DNA of 56,406 nt from Patescibacteria group bacterium (GCA_035651435.1 DASRFS010000054.1:1-56406), one strand, 5' to 3'. Counted from the first letter of the stretch, positions 19,862-28,677 are shown. The notes: a model not told the origin generated them from the sequence alone. Numbers and translations: made by a program.

Positions 19862-20032
19862 TTGAATTACCTCAAAATTGTTGCAGTTTCAGGAAATATA
19901 CTTTTTATCCTTTGGATGTCATTTAATGCAATCGATGAGGCATTTAAAGGAACTATTTACCAGAAAATTTCCTACGTTGGTTTAGTTTCTCTTTTGCTTT
20001 TAAATATCTTTCTTCTCTTCCGCAGGAAATAG
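19862..20032 (+). CDS. Hypothetical 56-aa 2-TM protein with a TTG start (paralog of 17855-18019)
   Basis: Own translation (L/M)NYLKIVAVSGNILFILWMSFNAIDEAFKGTIYQKISYVGLVSLLLLNIFLLFRRK. Shares WMSFNAIDE vs WLSFHDIFE with the 17855 ORF. Confidence 0.4.
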   Translation: MNYLKIVAVSGNILFILWMSFNAIDEAFKGTIYQKISYVGLVSLLLLNIFLLFRRK

Positions 20033-20035
20033 AGT

Positions 20036-20212
20036 TCAACCGTTTATTGCTCTAGCGATTTTGATTCCAATCCAGATTCCCAAAAGCCCGCCAATTCCAT
20101 TCCCCAAAATCGACCACGAGGAGAGGAACGATTCACCCAAAAGCACAGGAATATATCCTCCAATAATTGAAAATAAGAAAACGCATATCCAAACAATTGT
20201 TTTAGTCGACAT
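20036..20212 (-). CDS. Hypothetical 58-aa Gly-rich membrane protein
   Basis: Own translation MSTKTIVWICVFLFSIIGGYIPVLLGESFLSSWSILGNGIGGLLGIWIGIKIARAING. Preferred over the other-frame track ORF 20044-20286. Confidence 0.4.
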   Translation of the reverse strand: MSTKTIVWICVFLFSIIGGYIPVLLGESFLSSWSILGNGIGGLLGIWIGIKIARAING

Positions 20213-20244
20213 GGAAGTATCTTAATATAGTGTATAATTAAGTT

Positions 20245-20367
20245 ATGGCAAAAAGAAATACCGGAGTTGGAAAAGGAAGGAAGCACCGTTCATATAAAAC
20301 CAAAAAAAGGCTTGAAATAAAGCGAAAGATGTTGGCTGAAAAAGCCCTCAAACGCCACCGCAGATAA
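20245..20367 (+). CDS. Hypothetical 40-aa highly basic peptide (uncertain)
   Basis: MAKRNTGVGKGRKHRSYKTKKRLEIKRKMLAEKALKRHRR. A perfect TATAAT at 20233-20238 ends 6 nt before the ATG. Confidence 0.3.
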   Translation: MAKRNTGVGKGRKHRSYKTKKRLEIKRKMLAEKALKRHRR

Positions 20368-20526
20368 AAAGTAATTATGCCGGACAAATCGAATACCGCT
20401 AATCAACAGCTCGATAAAACTCTAATAAGATCAAAGCTCGATGAAGAGAGACGCCAAGGAAATAAAGCCGAGCAAAAAATAAAGGAAGAAGAAAAAAATC
20501 ATAAAAAGTAAATACTTTCCTCAGAA

Positions 20527-20916
20527 TTAATCCCCAATATATTTCCTTGCGAATTTGTCGGCTTCCTTTTCTTGTTTATAAATTTCCGACCTGCTTTGGT
20601 TTTCAATGATTGAATTTCTATGATTTAAAATAACGTGTCCTATTTCGTGGGCGATCGTGTACCTGATCTGTTTGTCGTCGTGCATAAATAATTCGTCGCT
20701 TAAAAAAATTAAATGTTGATTTTTAAGATCATTGCCGGTAAATGTAAAAGCAAGCGCGTCGTCCATTGATCCAAAAAACCAACAACTTGAAGTTATGGTC
20801 CTTACCACTTTTTCTTCCGTCAAAGCGACAACCTCGCAGACATATTTCTTCATCTCTTCCGTTCCGACTAACTTACCGCCAAAAGCAAAGTAGATTTCTC
20901 TCGCTCTTCTTTTCAT
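20527..20916 (-). CDS. ImmA/IrrE-like zinc metallopeptidase domain protein
   Basis: HEIGH (HExxH) followed by EKEADKFA, the usual ImmA/IrrE arrangement. Confidence 0.55.
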   Translation of the reverse strand: MKRRAREIYFAFGGKLVGTEEMKKYVCEVVALTEEKVVRTITSSCWFFGSMDDALAFTFTGNDLKNQHLIFLSDELFMHDDKQIRYTIAHEIGHVILNHRNSIIENQSRSEIYKQEKEADKFARKYIGD

Positions 20917-20923
20917 AAGGAAA

Positions 20924-20962
20924 TTATAACCGAAGGTTGAAAGCTCTGCTTATAACCGAAGG
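20924..20962. repeat. 13-bp direct repeat ttataaccgaagg x2, 26 bp apart, upstream of the ImmA-like gene
   Basis: Exact copies at 20924-20936 and 20950-20962. Confidence 0.6.
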
Positions 20963-21069
20963 ACGCTAGAATTTTCATATACAGTTCTTACATTTTAGGT
21001 GATAAAATTTCCAGACGTAAACTATTTTCAGTTAAGGACTCCTTGGAAAAACGAAAAGAATTAGCCGCT

Positions 21070-21972
21070 TTAAATAGTTGGACTTGCTGTCGGCGTAGGG
21101 GTAGCTGTTGGTGAAGACGATGGAGTTGGCGTTGGACTTTCCGAAGGTGTAGGCGATACCGAGGCTCCGTTTCCTGAATTTCCTCCGGTTATTACTAAGT
21201 GGAAAGCATCTCTCATTTGGGCAAAGTCATGTCTTACTTGAGCAAGACTTTTTCTAACTCCCGCCAAGTCTTTTCTAACCTGTGTAAATGTAGACTTTGG
21301 ATCGGTTGTTGACGCAGTTATTCCCAGGACTAATGTTTTATCGGAAGATAACTGGTTGTTTATGGCCGTAAGTCTACTGTTTACATTATCTAATAAGCTT
21401 TGGAGCTGAGTTACATCTTTGCCTTCAGACTTCAAGTTGTTTATTAGGTCTTGAATTTTTGGCGTAAAGCCTGCGATCTTTGTTGTAACACTCGTGAGAT
21501 TGTCGATTATTATTAAGAGTCTGGTTTTTGGAACGATAACATCGAAAACCTTAAAGCCGGATACTATTTGTTTTGCGTCGGATTTGAGTGTGGTTAAATC
21601 TGTATCCGCGTCGATCTTGGATTTTAAGGTTGTAAGGCCGTTGATAGCGGATTGAATATCTGAAGAGAGATTTGCTTTATCATCGGATGTGAGTTTCTGG
21701 TCGTTTTGAATTCTTTGAAGCAATTTATTTAATTCGGAGATCCTCCTATTAATTGCCTGGTCTGCTCTTTTTTTTGCTCCGGACAAGTTATTTTGCTGTT
21801 TTTGGTTTTGTTTTTGAATTTTCTGTTCTTGTCTTTGTGCCGCAATAGTTGCCCTTTTTTCAAATTTTTGGATATCGTTGATCAAGTCTTTTGGTCCCTC
21901 TGCAAAAACAGGAGTAGTTTGGATTAATGAGGCTATTAAAACTGCCGCAATCAATAAATTATTTTTTTTCAT
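21070..21972 (-). CDS. Secreted coiled-coil protein with a Pro/Thr/Ser-rich C-terminus
   Basis: Signal peptide MKKNNLLIAAVLIASLIQTTPVFA, Gln/Lys-rich heptad-like segments, tail SPTPSESPTPTPSSSPTATPTPTASPTI. Confidence 0.6.
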   Translation of the reverse strand: MKKNNLLIAAVLIASLIQTTPVFAEGPKDLINDIQKFEKRATIAAQRQEQKIQKQNQKQQNNLSGAKKRADQAINRRISELNKLLQRIQNDQKLTSDDKANLSSDIQSAINGLTTLKSKIDADTDLTTLKSDAKQIVSGFKVFDVIVPKTRLLIIIDNLTSVTTKIAGFTPKIQDLINNLKSEGKDVTQLQSLLDNVNSRLTAINNQLSSDKTLVLGITASTTDPKSTFTQVRKDLAGVRKSLAQVRHDFAQMRDAFHLVITGGNSGNGASVSPTPSESPTPTPSSSPTATPTPTASPTI

Positions 21973-21973
21973 G

Positions 21974-22405
21974 TTACTTGTCTTCGTTACTGGATCCGTC
22001 CTGTGTTTCCTGCTCGTTTTCTATTTGATCGATTTCCCCATTTGAATCTTCCTGACTTACGCTTGAATTATCCTGGTCAATTTCATTTAAATCCTTGTCC
22101 ATTTCGTCCATACTGGTGGAAACAGATGCGTCTACTTTATTAATTGAATCGTTAACATTTTGCTTAGTGACCGTGGCGGGAAGTTCCAAGACCGTTTGCG
22201 TTTTTGAATTTTTTGCAGAAAAAAAGACTAGTAAAACTAGAATTGCGATTCCAATTGGCAAAACAAACCTTGATCCCATAACATAACTATAACGAGGACG
22301 ATTGAGATTTGTGACAGGTAACTCATTAATTATCTTTTCCAAACCCTCTTTGGGAGGTTGGACCCTTGTTGCTGTATAAAACAATATATCTTCTATTTTT
22401 TTCAT
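21974..22405 (-). CDS. Single-pass membrane protein, putative anti-sigma factor
   Basis: Start overlaps the stop of the ECF sigma gene by 4 nt. One TM (FVLPIGIAILVLLVFF) and an acidic extracytoplasmic tail. Confidence 0.4.
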   Translation of the reverse strand: MKKIEDILFYTATRVQPPKEGLEKIINELPVTNLNRPRYSYVMGSRFVLPIGIAILVLLVFFSAKNSKTQTVLELPATVTKQNVNDSINKVDASVSTSMDEMDKDLNEIDQDNSSVSQEDSNGEIDQIENEQETQDGSSNEDK

Positions 22406-22929
22406 ATCTTTATTTTTTTCCTTAATGTTTCTAATGCTCTGTGTTGAATCTGTCTTATTGCGTCTTCGGATTTACCCAATTGTTTTGCGATATCGCCGTT
22501 TGGCAGACCAATCATAAATTTCATTATTACAACTTCTTTTTGATCGTCCTTTAAGTTAAGTATAGCCCTTTCTACAATTTCCTTGGTTTCAGTTTTTCCG
22601 GCTATTTCCTCAGGACTATCCTTGTCCTGTGCTTCAATTTCAACAAAATCATAAAGGTTCAATTCTTTTCTTTTTCGCAAATAATCAATCATAGTATTTC
22701 TGGCAATTGTAAAAAAGTAAGCTAACGGATCTTTACCGGTGTCCTTATATCTGTCAATCGATTGGTAAACCTTTAAGAAAACCGTCTGTGCCAGATCTTG
22801 GGTATCTTCCTTTTTCCTTATTCGAAAATATATATACCTAAAGACTGGTACGTAATAAACTTCATAGAGTTTTCCAAATGCTTCTTTATCTCCGGTCTTT
22901 GCTAGCTCTATTAATTTCTTAGCGTCCAT
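22402..22929 (-). CDS. ECF-type RNA polymerase sigma factor
   Basis: Sigma-70 region 2 (DLAQTVFLKVYQSIDRY) and region 4 HTH (NGDIAKQLGKSEDAIRQIQHRALETLRK), 175 aa. Confidence 0.85.
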   Translation of the reverse strand: MDAKKLIELAKTGDKEAFGKLYEVYYVPVFRYIYFRIRKKEDTQDLAQTVFLKVYQSIDRYKDTGKDPLAYFFTIARNTMIDYLRKRKELNLYDFVEIEAQDKDSPEEIAGKTETKEIVERAILNLKDDQKEVVIMKFMIGLPNGDIAKQLGKSEDAIRQIQHRALETLRKKIKI

Positions 22930-23019
22930 TAATGTATAACGATTCTACCACCTGTTTTGTGATGAGTAAAACCTTATGAACTTGCATTTTCATTTAGTCG
23001 GTGCCTAAACTAGGTAAGA

Positions 23020-23478
23020 ATGAACAGATATTACAATGGGATTTTATGGATTTTTGTTGCCTTTGGTCTTCAGTTCCTAAGGAGTAGCTACGGAAAAATA
23101 GCAGGAGGGAAGTTTGTCGGAGGACTCAGCGCAACATTAAGGTCCTTTGCGAATAAGAATCCTAATGATTGGTATAAAAACTTTCTCGACTCGTGGGCGA
23201 TCCCAAATTCGACGATTCTTGGAAATTTAATAATGTGGGGAGAGCTATTGAGTGGAATTGCTATGACAGTGGGATCGCTTTATTTATTTTTAAACAAAGG
23301 GAAGGGAAGAGCCGCTCAGGTCATTTTGGTTCTGGGATTAATCGGAGGAGCAATTCTCAATTTCAACTTCTATTTTGCCGCAGGTTGGACAGGTCCGTCT
23401 ACAGAAGGACTTAATCTTCTAATGCTGGTTATAGAAATTGTTGGGATAGCCGTCTTCGGAAAATCACTGCTTAAATAA
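23020..23478 (+). CDS. DoxX/DoxD-like integral membrane protein (tentative)
   Basis: 4 predicted TM segments; ELLSGIAMTVG-type motif. Confidence 0.4.
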   Translation: MNRYYNGILWIFVAFGLQFLRSSYGKIAGGKFVGGLSATLRSFANKNPNDWYKNFLDSWAIPNSTILGNLIMWGELLSGIAMTVGSLYLFLNKGKGRAAQVILVLGLIGGAILNFNFYFAAGWTGPSTEGLNLLMLVIEIVGIAVFGKSLLK

Positions 23479-23489
23479 TTTATTAACTC

Positions 23490-23533
23490 TTGACAAATTT
23501 GCTTATAGCTAATATATTCGAATTATCGAATAT
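23490..23533 (+). promoter_or_regulatory. Promoter (TTGACA-17 nt-TATATT) with an overlapping 8-4-8 palindromic operator
   Basis: TTGACA at 23490-23495 and TATATT at 23513-23518. Perfect inverted repeat atattcga-atta-tcgaatat at 23514-23533 reaches the ATG of the ArsR-family gene. Confidence 0.6.
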
Positions 23534-23999
23534 GTATTACGAAGTATTTCAGCTTCACTCAAAACTTCTAAAGTCCCTTTCGCACCCAAAAAGACTGGAA
23601 ATAATACAACTTTTAAGGGAGCGAGAATTGCCAGTTTCGGATATACAGGAAATGCTAGACCTTCCACAAGGAAACTTAAGCCAACATCTGCAAATTTTAA
23701 GAGCTGCCGGAGTTGTTAAAACAAAAAGATTGGGAAAACAAATTTATTACAGCATTGCACATAAAAACTTCGTAAAAGCCTCCGATCTTTTTAGAGAAGT
23801 TTTAATCGAAAAAAATAAAGATATAGTTTCTGACGTTATCTCAAAAAATATGCTCGAGTTGGTCCCACTAACATCCGATCCGGTTTGCAAAATGAGATTG
23901 AGTCCTAAAACAGCGAGCTTCGCATATAAAGATTATTTCTTCTGCGGTTCCGGATGTTTTGAAAAGTTCAAAAAGGAAAGAATAACAAAGTATGGATAA
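23532..23999 (+). CDS. ArsR/SmtB-family metalloregulator fused to a C-terminal YHS/TRASH metal-binding domain
   Basis: LKSLSHPKRLEIIQLL...VSDIQEMLDLPQGNLSQHLQILRAAGVV (ArsR HTH), then DPVCKMRLSPKTASFAYKDYFFCGSGCFEKF (YHS pattern). Confidence 0.8.
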   Translation: MYYEVFQLHSKLLKSLSHPKRLEIIQLLRERELPVSDIQEMLDLPQGNLSQHLQILRAAGVVKTKRLGKQIYYSIAHKNFVKASDLFREVLIEKNKDIVSDVISKNMLELVPLTSDPVCKMRLSPKTASFAYKDYFFCGSGCFEKFKKERITKYG

Positions 24000-24345
24000 A
24001 ATTATTATTTCTGTTCTCGGTTTAGCAGGGATTGCCTTTACTTATTGGTTTTTCCTTATGAAGAATGAAAAGGCAGTCGGGGCAAAAGACTCTATAGACA
24101 TCGTGGTTGACGGAGGGTATAGTCCCGAAGTAATCTCTGTTCCTAAAGGAAAGACTACAAAGCTCAACTTTATAAGAAAAGACCCGACTGATTGTTTAGA
24201 GGAAGTAGTAGTGGGTGATTTTAAGATTAGAAAACATTTGCCCTTAAATCAAAAAGTTACTGTTGAGATTACCCCGGAAAAAGCTGGTGAATTTAGGTTT
24301 ACCTGCGGAATGAATATGTATCATGGCAAAGTCGTAGTGAACTAA
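23992..24345 (+). CDS. Membrane-anchored cupredoxin-like domain protein
   Basis: N-terminal TM. C-terminal [18 protein letters not shown] carries Cys-Met-His ligand-like residues. 8-nt overlap with the regulator gene. Confidence 0.6.
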   Translation: MDKIIISVLGLAGIAFTYWFFLMKNEKAVGAKDSIDIVVDGGYSPEVISVPKGKTTKLNFIRKDPTDCLEEVVVGDFKIRKHLPLNQKVTVEITPEKAGEFRFTCGMNMYHGKVVVN

Positions 24346-24347
24346 AT

Positions 24348-26576
24348 ATGGCTGAGTCTAAAAAAACATTTTCAATACAGGGAATGCACTGCGCCTCATG
24401 CGTTAGGTTAATCGAACGCGCCCTTTCAAAAACAGAAGGAATTGCACAAGCGAACGTTAACCTTGCAACCGATCAAGCAACTGTAACTTATGATCCGGAC
24501 AAGGTCAGCGATCAACAAATCCAAACAGCTGTTGAAAACGTTGGATACAAAGCTATGCTCAATGAGGAGAAGAAATCTGAAGATGAGGAAAAAAAAGAGA
24601 AACAAAAAGAATTAAGAGATTTAAGAAATAAAGTCATAGTCAGTCTGGTCTTGGGAGGATTAATTCTTCTAGGGAGCTTCCCCGGTTTAATGAATTTCGC
24701 TCCTTCTTTTTTAACTAACTCTTGGTTGCAACTTCTACTGGCGATACCGGTTCAATTCTGGGCAGGACTGACTTTTTACAAAGCGACAATTCCGGCACTA
24801 AGACACAGAACCGCCAACATGGACACTTTAGTTGCATTAGGGACAACTGTCGCTTTTGGTTATTCCTCAGTTGTCACTATCTTCCCTCATGTTGTTCAGA
24901 GTATTGGAATTACACCTACTCCATATTTTGACACATCAAGCATTATTATTGGCTTAATTCTTTTAGGCCGCTACTTTGAAGCCAAAGCAAAAGCAGGTAC
25001 TTCTGAAGCTATAAAAAAATTAATAGGACTACAAGCTAAAACAGCGAGATTATTACGAGACGGAAAAGAAATAGATATTCCTATAGATCAAGTACAAATT
25101 GGAGATATTATCAGAGTTAGGCCTGGTGAAAAAATTCCAGTGGACGGAATTATCGTCGAAGGTGAATCATCCATTGATGAATCAATGCTAACTGGCGAGA
25201 GTATCCCCGTAGATAAAACCAAAGGGGATAGTGTTGTTGGCGCGACAATAAATAAGACTGGCACTTTTACTTATAAAGCCAATAAGGTTGGACAAGGAAC
25301 TGTGCTTTCGCAAATTATAAAACTTGTGCAAGAAGCTCAAGGAAGTAAAGCGCCAATACAAAGAATTGCCGATCTGATCTCTTCATATTTTGTTCCTGTT
25401 GTCATTATGCTGGCTCTTTTGACTTTTGTTGTTTGGTATGATTTTGGTACTACCACAGCTTTTCTATTTGCCATGCTAAACACTGTGGCGGTTCTTATTA
25501 TTGCCTGTCCTTGCGCGATGGGCCTTGCTACTCCTACAGCTATTATGGTTGGAACCGGCAAAGGTGCAGAACACGGTATTTTAATTAAAGACGCGGAAAG
25601 CCTGGAGATTGCTCACAAAATAAATACTGTTGTTTTTGATAAAACAGGCACCTTAACTCGGGGAAAACCAGAAGTAACAGATGTAATACCAATTAGTAGA
25701 TTGAGCAAAAATGAAGTTTTAAAATTTGCTGCATCTGTTGAGAAAGGTTCCGAGCATTCACTTGCTGAAGCAATTATGAGAGAAGCAGAAGAACAAAAAG
25801 TTAAGTTACAGCCCGTTACAAAATTTAAAGCAATCGCAGGACACGGGGTTGAAGGAATAGTTGATAAAAGGCAAGTTTTCTTAGGTAATAGAAGGTTTAT
25901 GGATCGAGAAAGCATATCGTTTGGTTTTTATCTTGAGCAACTAGAAAGGCTAGAGAATGAGGGCAAAACTATCATGATGCTTGCAATCGATAGAAAATTA
26001 TCTGGCCTTATTGCAGTGGCAGATACAATAAAGGAAACAGCAAGAGGCGCGGTTGAAGCTTTACAAAAGAGAGGAATACAAGTTGTTATGATTACGGGTG
26101 ATAACCAAAGAACCGCTAAGGCTATAGCCCAACAAGCAGGAATTAAAAGTGTTCTGGCAGATATTTTACCAGACCAAAAAGAGAAAGAAATAAAAAAACT
26201 TCAAGCAGAGGGAAAAGTTGTTGCTATGGTCGGAGACGGAATAAATGACGCACCAGCTTTAGCAGCCGCAGATATAGGTATCGCGATGGGGACAGGAACA
26301 GATGTGGCAATAGAAGCCGGAGATATTACTTTAATAAACAAGGATTTAAGTTCCGTGCTGTCGGCAATCGAGCTATCAAAAAAAACTATGAGAACTATCC
26401 GATTAAACTTATTCTGGGCTTTTGGCTACAATGTTATTTTAATTCCCGTTGCGATGGGTATTTTATATCCCTTCTTCCATATATTATTAAATCCGATATT
26501 TGCCTCGGTCGCGATGGCAACAAGCTCAATTTCTGTCGTCTCAAATTCGCTATTGTTAAGAAAATATAAAATTTAA
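24348..26576 (+). CDS. copA: Copper-translocating P1B-type ATPase
   Basis: HMA domain [13 protein letters not shown] motif ([11 protein letters not shown]), DKTGTLT phosphorylation site, GDGINDAP hinge. Confidence 0.95.
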   Translation: MAESKKTFSIQGMHCASCVRLIERALSKTEGIAQANVNLATDQATVTYDPDKVSDQQIQTAVENVGYKAMLNEEKKSEDEEKKEKQKELRDLRNKVIVSLVLGGLILLGSFPGLMNFAPSFLTNSWLQLLLAIPVQFWAGLTFYKATIPALRHRTANMDTLVALGTTVAFGYSSVVTIFPHVVQSIGITPTPYFDTSSIIIGLILLGRYFEAKAKAGTSEAIKKLIGLQAKTARLLRDGKEIDIPIDQVQIGDIIRVRPGEKIPVDGIIVEGESSIDESMLTGESIPVDKTKGDSVVGATINKTGTFTYKANKVGQGTVLSQIIKLVQEAQGSKAPIQRIADLISSYFVPVVIMLALLTFVVWYDFGTTTAFLFAMLNTVAVLIIACPCAMGLATPTAIMVGTGKGAEHGILIKDAESLEIAHKINTVVFDKTGTLTRGKPEVTDVIPISRLSKNEVLKFAASVEKGSEHSLAEAIMREAEEQKVKLQPVTKFKAIAGHGVEGIVDKRQVFLGNRRFMDRESISFGFYLEQLERLENEGKTIMMLAIDRKLSGLIAVADTIKETARGAVEALQKRGIQVVMITGDNQRTAKAIAQQAGIKSVLADILPDQKEKEIKKLQAEGKVVAMVGDGINDAPALAAADIGIAMGTGTDVAIEAGDITLINKDLSSVLSAIELSKKTMRTIRLNLFWAFGYNVILIPVAMGILYPFFHILLNPIFASVAMATSSISVVSNSLLLRKYKI

Positions 26577-26599
26577 TATAAATTGTTTATAATGAATAT

Positions 26600-27730
26600 A
26601 TGAATGAAAATCAGACCCAAAAGCTTCTCAAATATGCTCTATTAGGATCACTGGCAATATTAATATTTCTTCTTTTAATCGACTTAAGGTTTATATCAAA
26701 CATCTTTGCTTTGGCTCCTCAAATAACTAATTCGTCAAATCTTTGGACAATATTTCTTACAGGACTTTTTGTAGGAGGATTAACCTGCATGGCTGTTCAG
26801 GGAGGCCTTCTTGCAGCAACAATCGCTCAGCGTGAGGAAGAAAGATTGAAAGAGGATGCAAAAAACGGCGCAATATTTCCGATTGTTGCGTTTATTGTTG
26901 CAAAACTTGTAGCGTACACTGTTATTGGTTTTCTCTTGGGACTTTTAGGTTCAGCGTTTCAACTCTCCCTTTCTGTAAGAACAATTCTTCAATTTGCCGT
27001 GGTAATTTTTATGGTGGGGACCGCTCTAAATATTCTAGAAGTGCATCCAATTTTCCGTTATTTTGTTATCCAGCCTCCCCGATTTCTGACAAGACTTGTT
27101 CGTAATCAGTCAAAAAGTAAAAATATCTTTGCACCGGCTCTTTTAGGTGCATTCACAGTATTCATCCCATGCGGAACTACTCAAGCTATGATGGCTCTTG
27201 CGATTGCATCGGGCAATCCGTTAACAGGAGCTTCAATTCTTTTTGCATTTATCTTGGGAACTTCACCTCTATTTTTTATTCTGGGATACATGACAACGAG
27301 GCTTGGAGACAGTCTTCATCAGCAGTTTATGAGATTTGCGGCATTCGCAATCATACTGCTTGCGATTTTTAATCTTAATAACGCACTTGCTTTAACGGGA
27401 ATCAATTTTAACTTAGGAAGTATAATTTTTGGTAATTCTTCTTCAGTATCTGGCCAGCCAGCAACAAATGAGCCAACAGTTTCACTTACTCAAACAGGTT
27501 ATAGCCCAAATATTATTACAGTCAAAGCAGGATCTCAAGTTACTTTGCATTTAACAAATACGGGAGGCGCAGGGTGCATACAGGCATTTACAATTCCAAG
27601 CTTAGGAATTCAAAAAATAGTTCCGATGGGAAATTCTGACACTGTTGCCTTTACCGCTCCAAACCAGCCCGGCCAATTAGCATTTATGTGCAGTATGGGG
27701 ATGTATCGGGGGGTGATAAACGTTATATGA
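26600..27730 (+). CDS. Polytopic permease (TauE/SafE- or SO_0444-like) fused to a C-terminal cupredoxin-like domain
   Basis: About 8 TM segments with GGLTCMAVQGG and FIPCGTTQAM motifs. C-terminal GQLAFMCSMGMYRGVINV is paralogous to the end of 23992-24345. Confidence 0.55.
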   Translation: MNENQTQKLLKYALLGSLAILIFLLLIDLRFISNIFALAPQITNSSNLWTIFLTGLFVGGLTCMAVQGGLLAATIAQREEERLKEDAKNGAIFPIVAFIVAKLVAYTVIGFLLGLLGSAFQLSLSVRTILQFAVVIFMVGTALNILEVHPIFRYFVIQPPRFLTRLVRNQSKSKNIFAPALLGAFTVFIPCGTTQAMMALAIASGNPLTGASILFAFILGTSPLFFILGYMTTRLGDSLHQQFMRFAAFAIILLAIFNLNNALALTGINFNLGSIIFGNSSSVSGQPATNEPTVSLTQTGYSPNIITVKAGSQVTLHLTNTGGAGCIQAFTIPSLGIQKIVPMGNSDTVAFTAPNQPGQLAFMCSMGMYRGVINVI

Positions 27731-27939
27731 TAAAAAAGAAATTTAAAATAGGTGGTATGCACTGTACAAGCTGCGCAATGAATATTGACGGAGATTTAGA
27801 AGACTGTCTCAAAGGTGTAAAAAGTTCAAAAACAAACTACGCAAAACAAGAAACTGAGGTTGAATTTGAAGAAAAAGAAGTCAAGATTGAGCAAATTCTT
27901 GCACAGATAAAGAAAACTGGCTACAAAGCCTCGGTTTAA
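27727..27939 (+). CDS. copZ: Heavy-metal-associated (HMA) copper chaperone
   Basis: MIKKKFKIGGMHCTSCAMNIDGDLE with the MxCxxC motif. ATGA overlap with the upstream stop. Confidence 0.85.
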   Translation: MIKKKFKIGGMHCTSCAMNIDGDLEDCLKGVKSSKTNYAKQETEVEFEEKEVKIEQILAQIKKTGYKASV

Positions 27940-27970
27940 CGCCGAAAGAAAAACCGATAGTATAAAATCT

Positions 27971-28609
27971 ATGAAAAGATCGAGTACAATTTCAGACAAA
28001 GATAAATGGGCTAAGATTCCAAGCGACGAGGTTTTGGAAAAAACCGTCCATTCTCTTGGGGAAAACGGAATGGACGCGATTGTTGTAGAAAATAGCGAAG
28101 AAGCCAAAAATAAAGTTCTTGAAATTTTGCCAAAGGGAGCAGAGGTTATGACAATGACTTCAAGAACCTTGGAGACAATTGGAGTTCTTCCCGAAATTAA
28201 TGAATCCGGAAATTATGATTCGGTGAGAAATAAATTAAATTCAATGAAAAGGGACACTCAAGGAAGGGAAATGCAGCGATTGGGAGCTGCCCCTGAGTGG
28301 GTGATGGGAAGTGTCCACGCAGTTACACAAGATGGCAAAGTCCTGATAGCTTCAAATACCGGATCCCAGCTTCCAGCCTACGTTTATGGATCTGATCACG
28401 TTATCTGGGTAGTTGGAGCGCAGAAAATAGTTAAGGATTTGGATGAAGCATGGAAAAGACTTTACGAACACGTTCTTCCGTTGGAAAGTGAGAGGTTAAA
28501 AAAAGTATACGGAGTTCCAAGCAACGTTTCAAAAGTATTGATTGTTCAAAAAGAAATAAAACCAGGAAGGATCACTTTAATCTTTGTTAGAGAAGCCATT
28601 GGCTTTTAG
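27971..28609 (+). CDS. LUD-domain (YkgG/LutC-like) protein
   Basis: Size and segments (AIVVENSEEAKNKVLEILPKGAEV..., HAVTQDGKVLIASNTGSQL) resemble lactate-utilisation LUD domain proteins. Confidence 0.5.
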   Translation: MKRSSTISDKDKWAKIPSDEVLEKTVHSLGENGMDAIVVENSEEAKNKVLEILPKGAEVMTMTSRTLETIGVLPEINESGNYDSVRNKLNSMKRDTQGREMQRLGAAPEWVMGSVHAVTQDGKVLIASNTGSQLPAYVYGSDHVIWVVGAQKIVKDLDEAWKRLYEHVLPLESERLKKVYGVPSNVSKVLIVQKEIKPGRITLIFVREAIGF

Positions 28610-28641
28610 CTAGTTTAAGAAATTTCCAAATAGGTTCAAGC

Positions 28642-28671
28642 TTGACACACTTTGATCTACTCAACTAAAAT
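28642..28671 (+). promoter_or_regulatory. Promoter (TTGACA-18 nt-TAAAAT) ending 6 nt before the ATG
   Basis: TTGACA at 28642-28647 and TAAAAT at 28666-28671, with the ATG at 28678. Confidence 0.5.
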
Positions 28672-28677
28672 GTAAAA

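Noticed and set aside
20044-20286. 80-aa track ORF on the minus strand
   Set aside because: A different frame on the same strand (20036-20212) gives a much more protein-like Gly-rich membrane peptide. The track ORF also runs across the divergent promoter and TATAAT region.
23490-23531. TTG at 23490 as the start codon of the ArsR-family gene (track start)
   Set aside because: That TTG is the first triplet of a perfect TTGACA -35 box with a properly spaced -10. The ATG at 23532 gives a normal-length N-terminus before the ArsR HTH.
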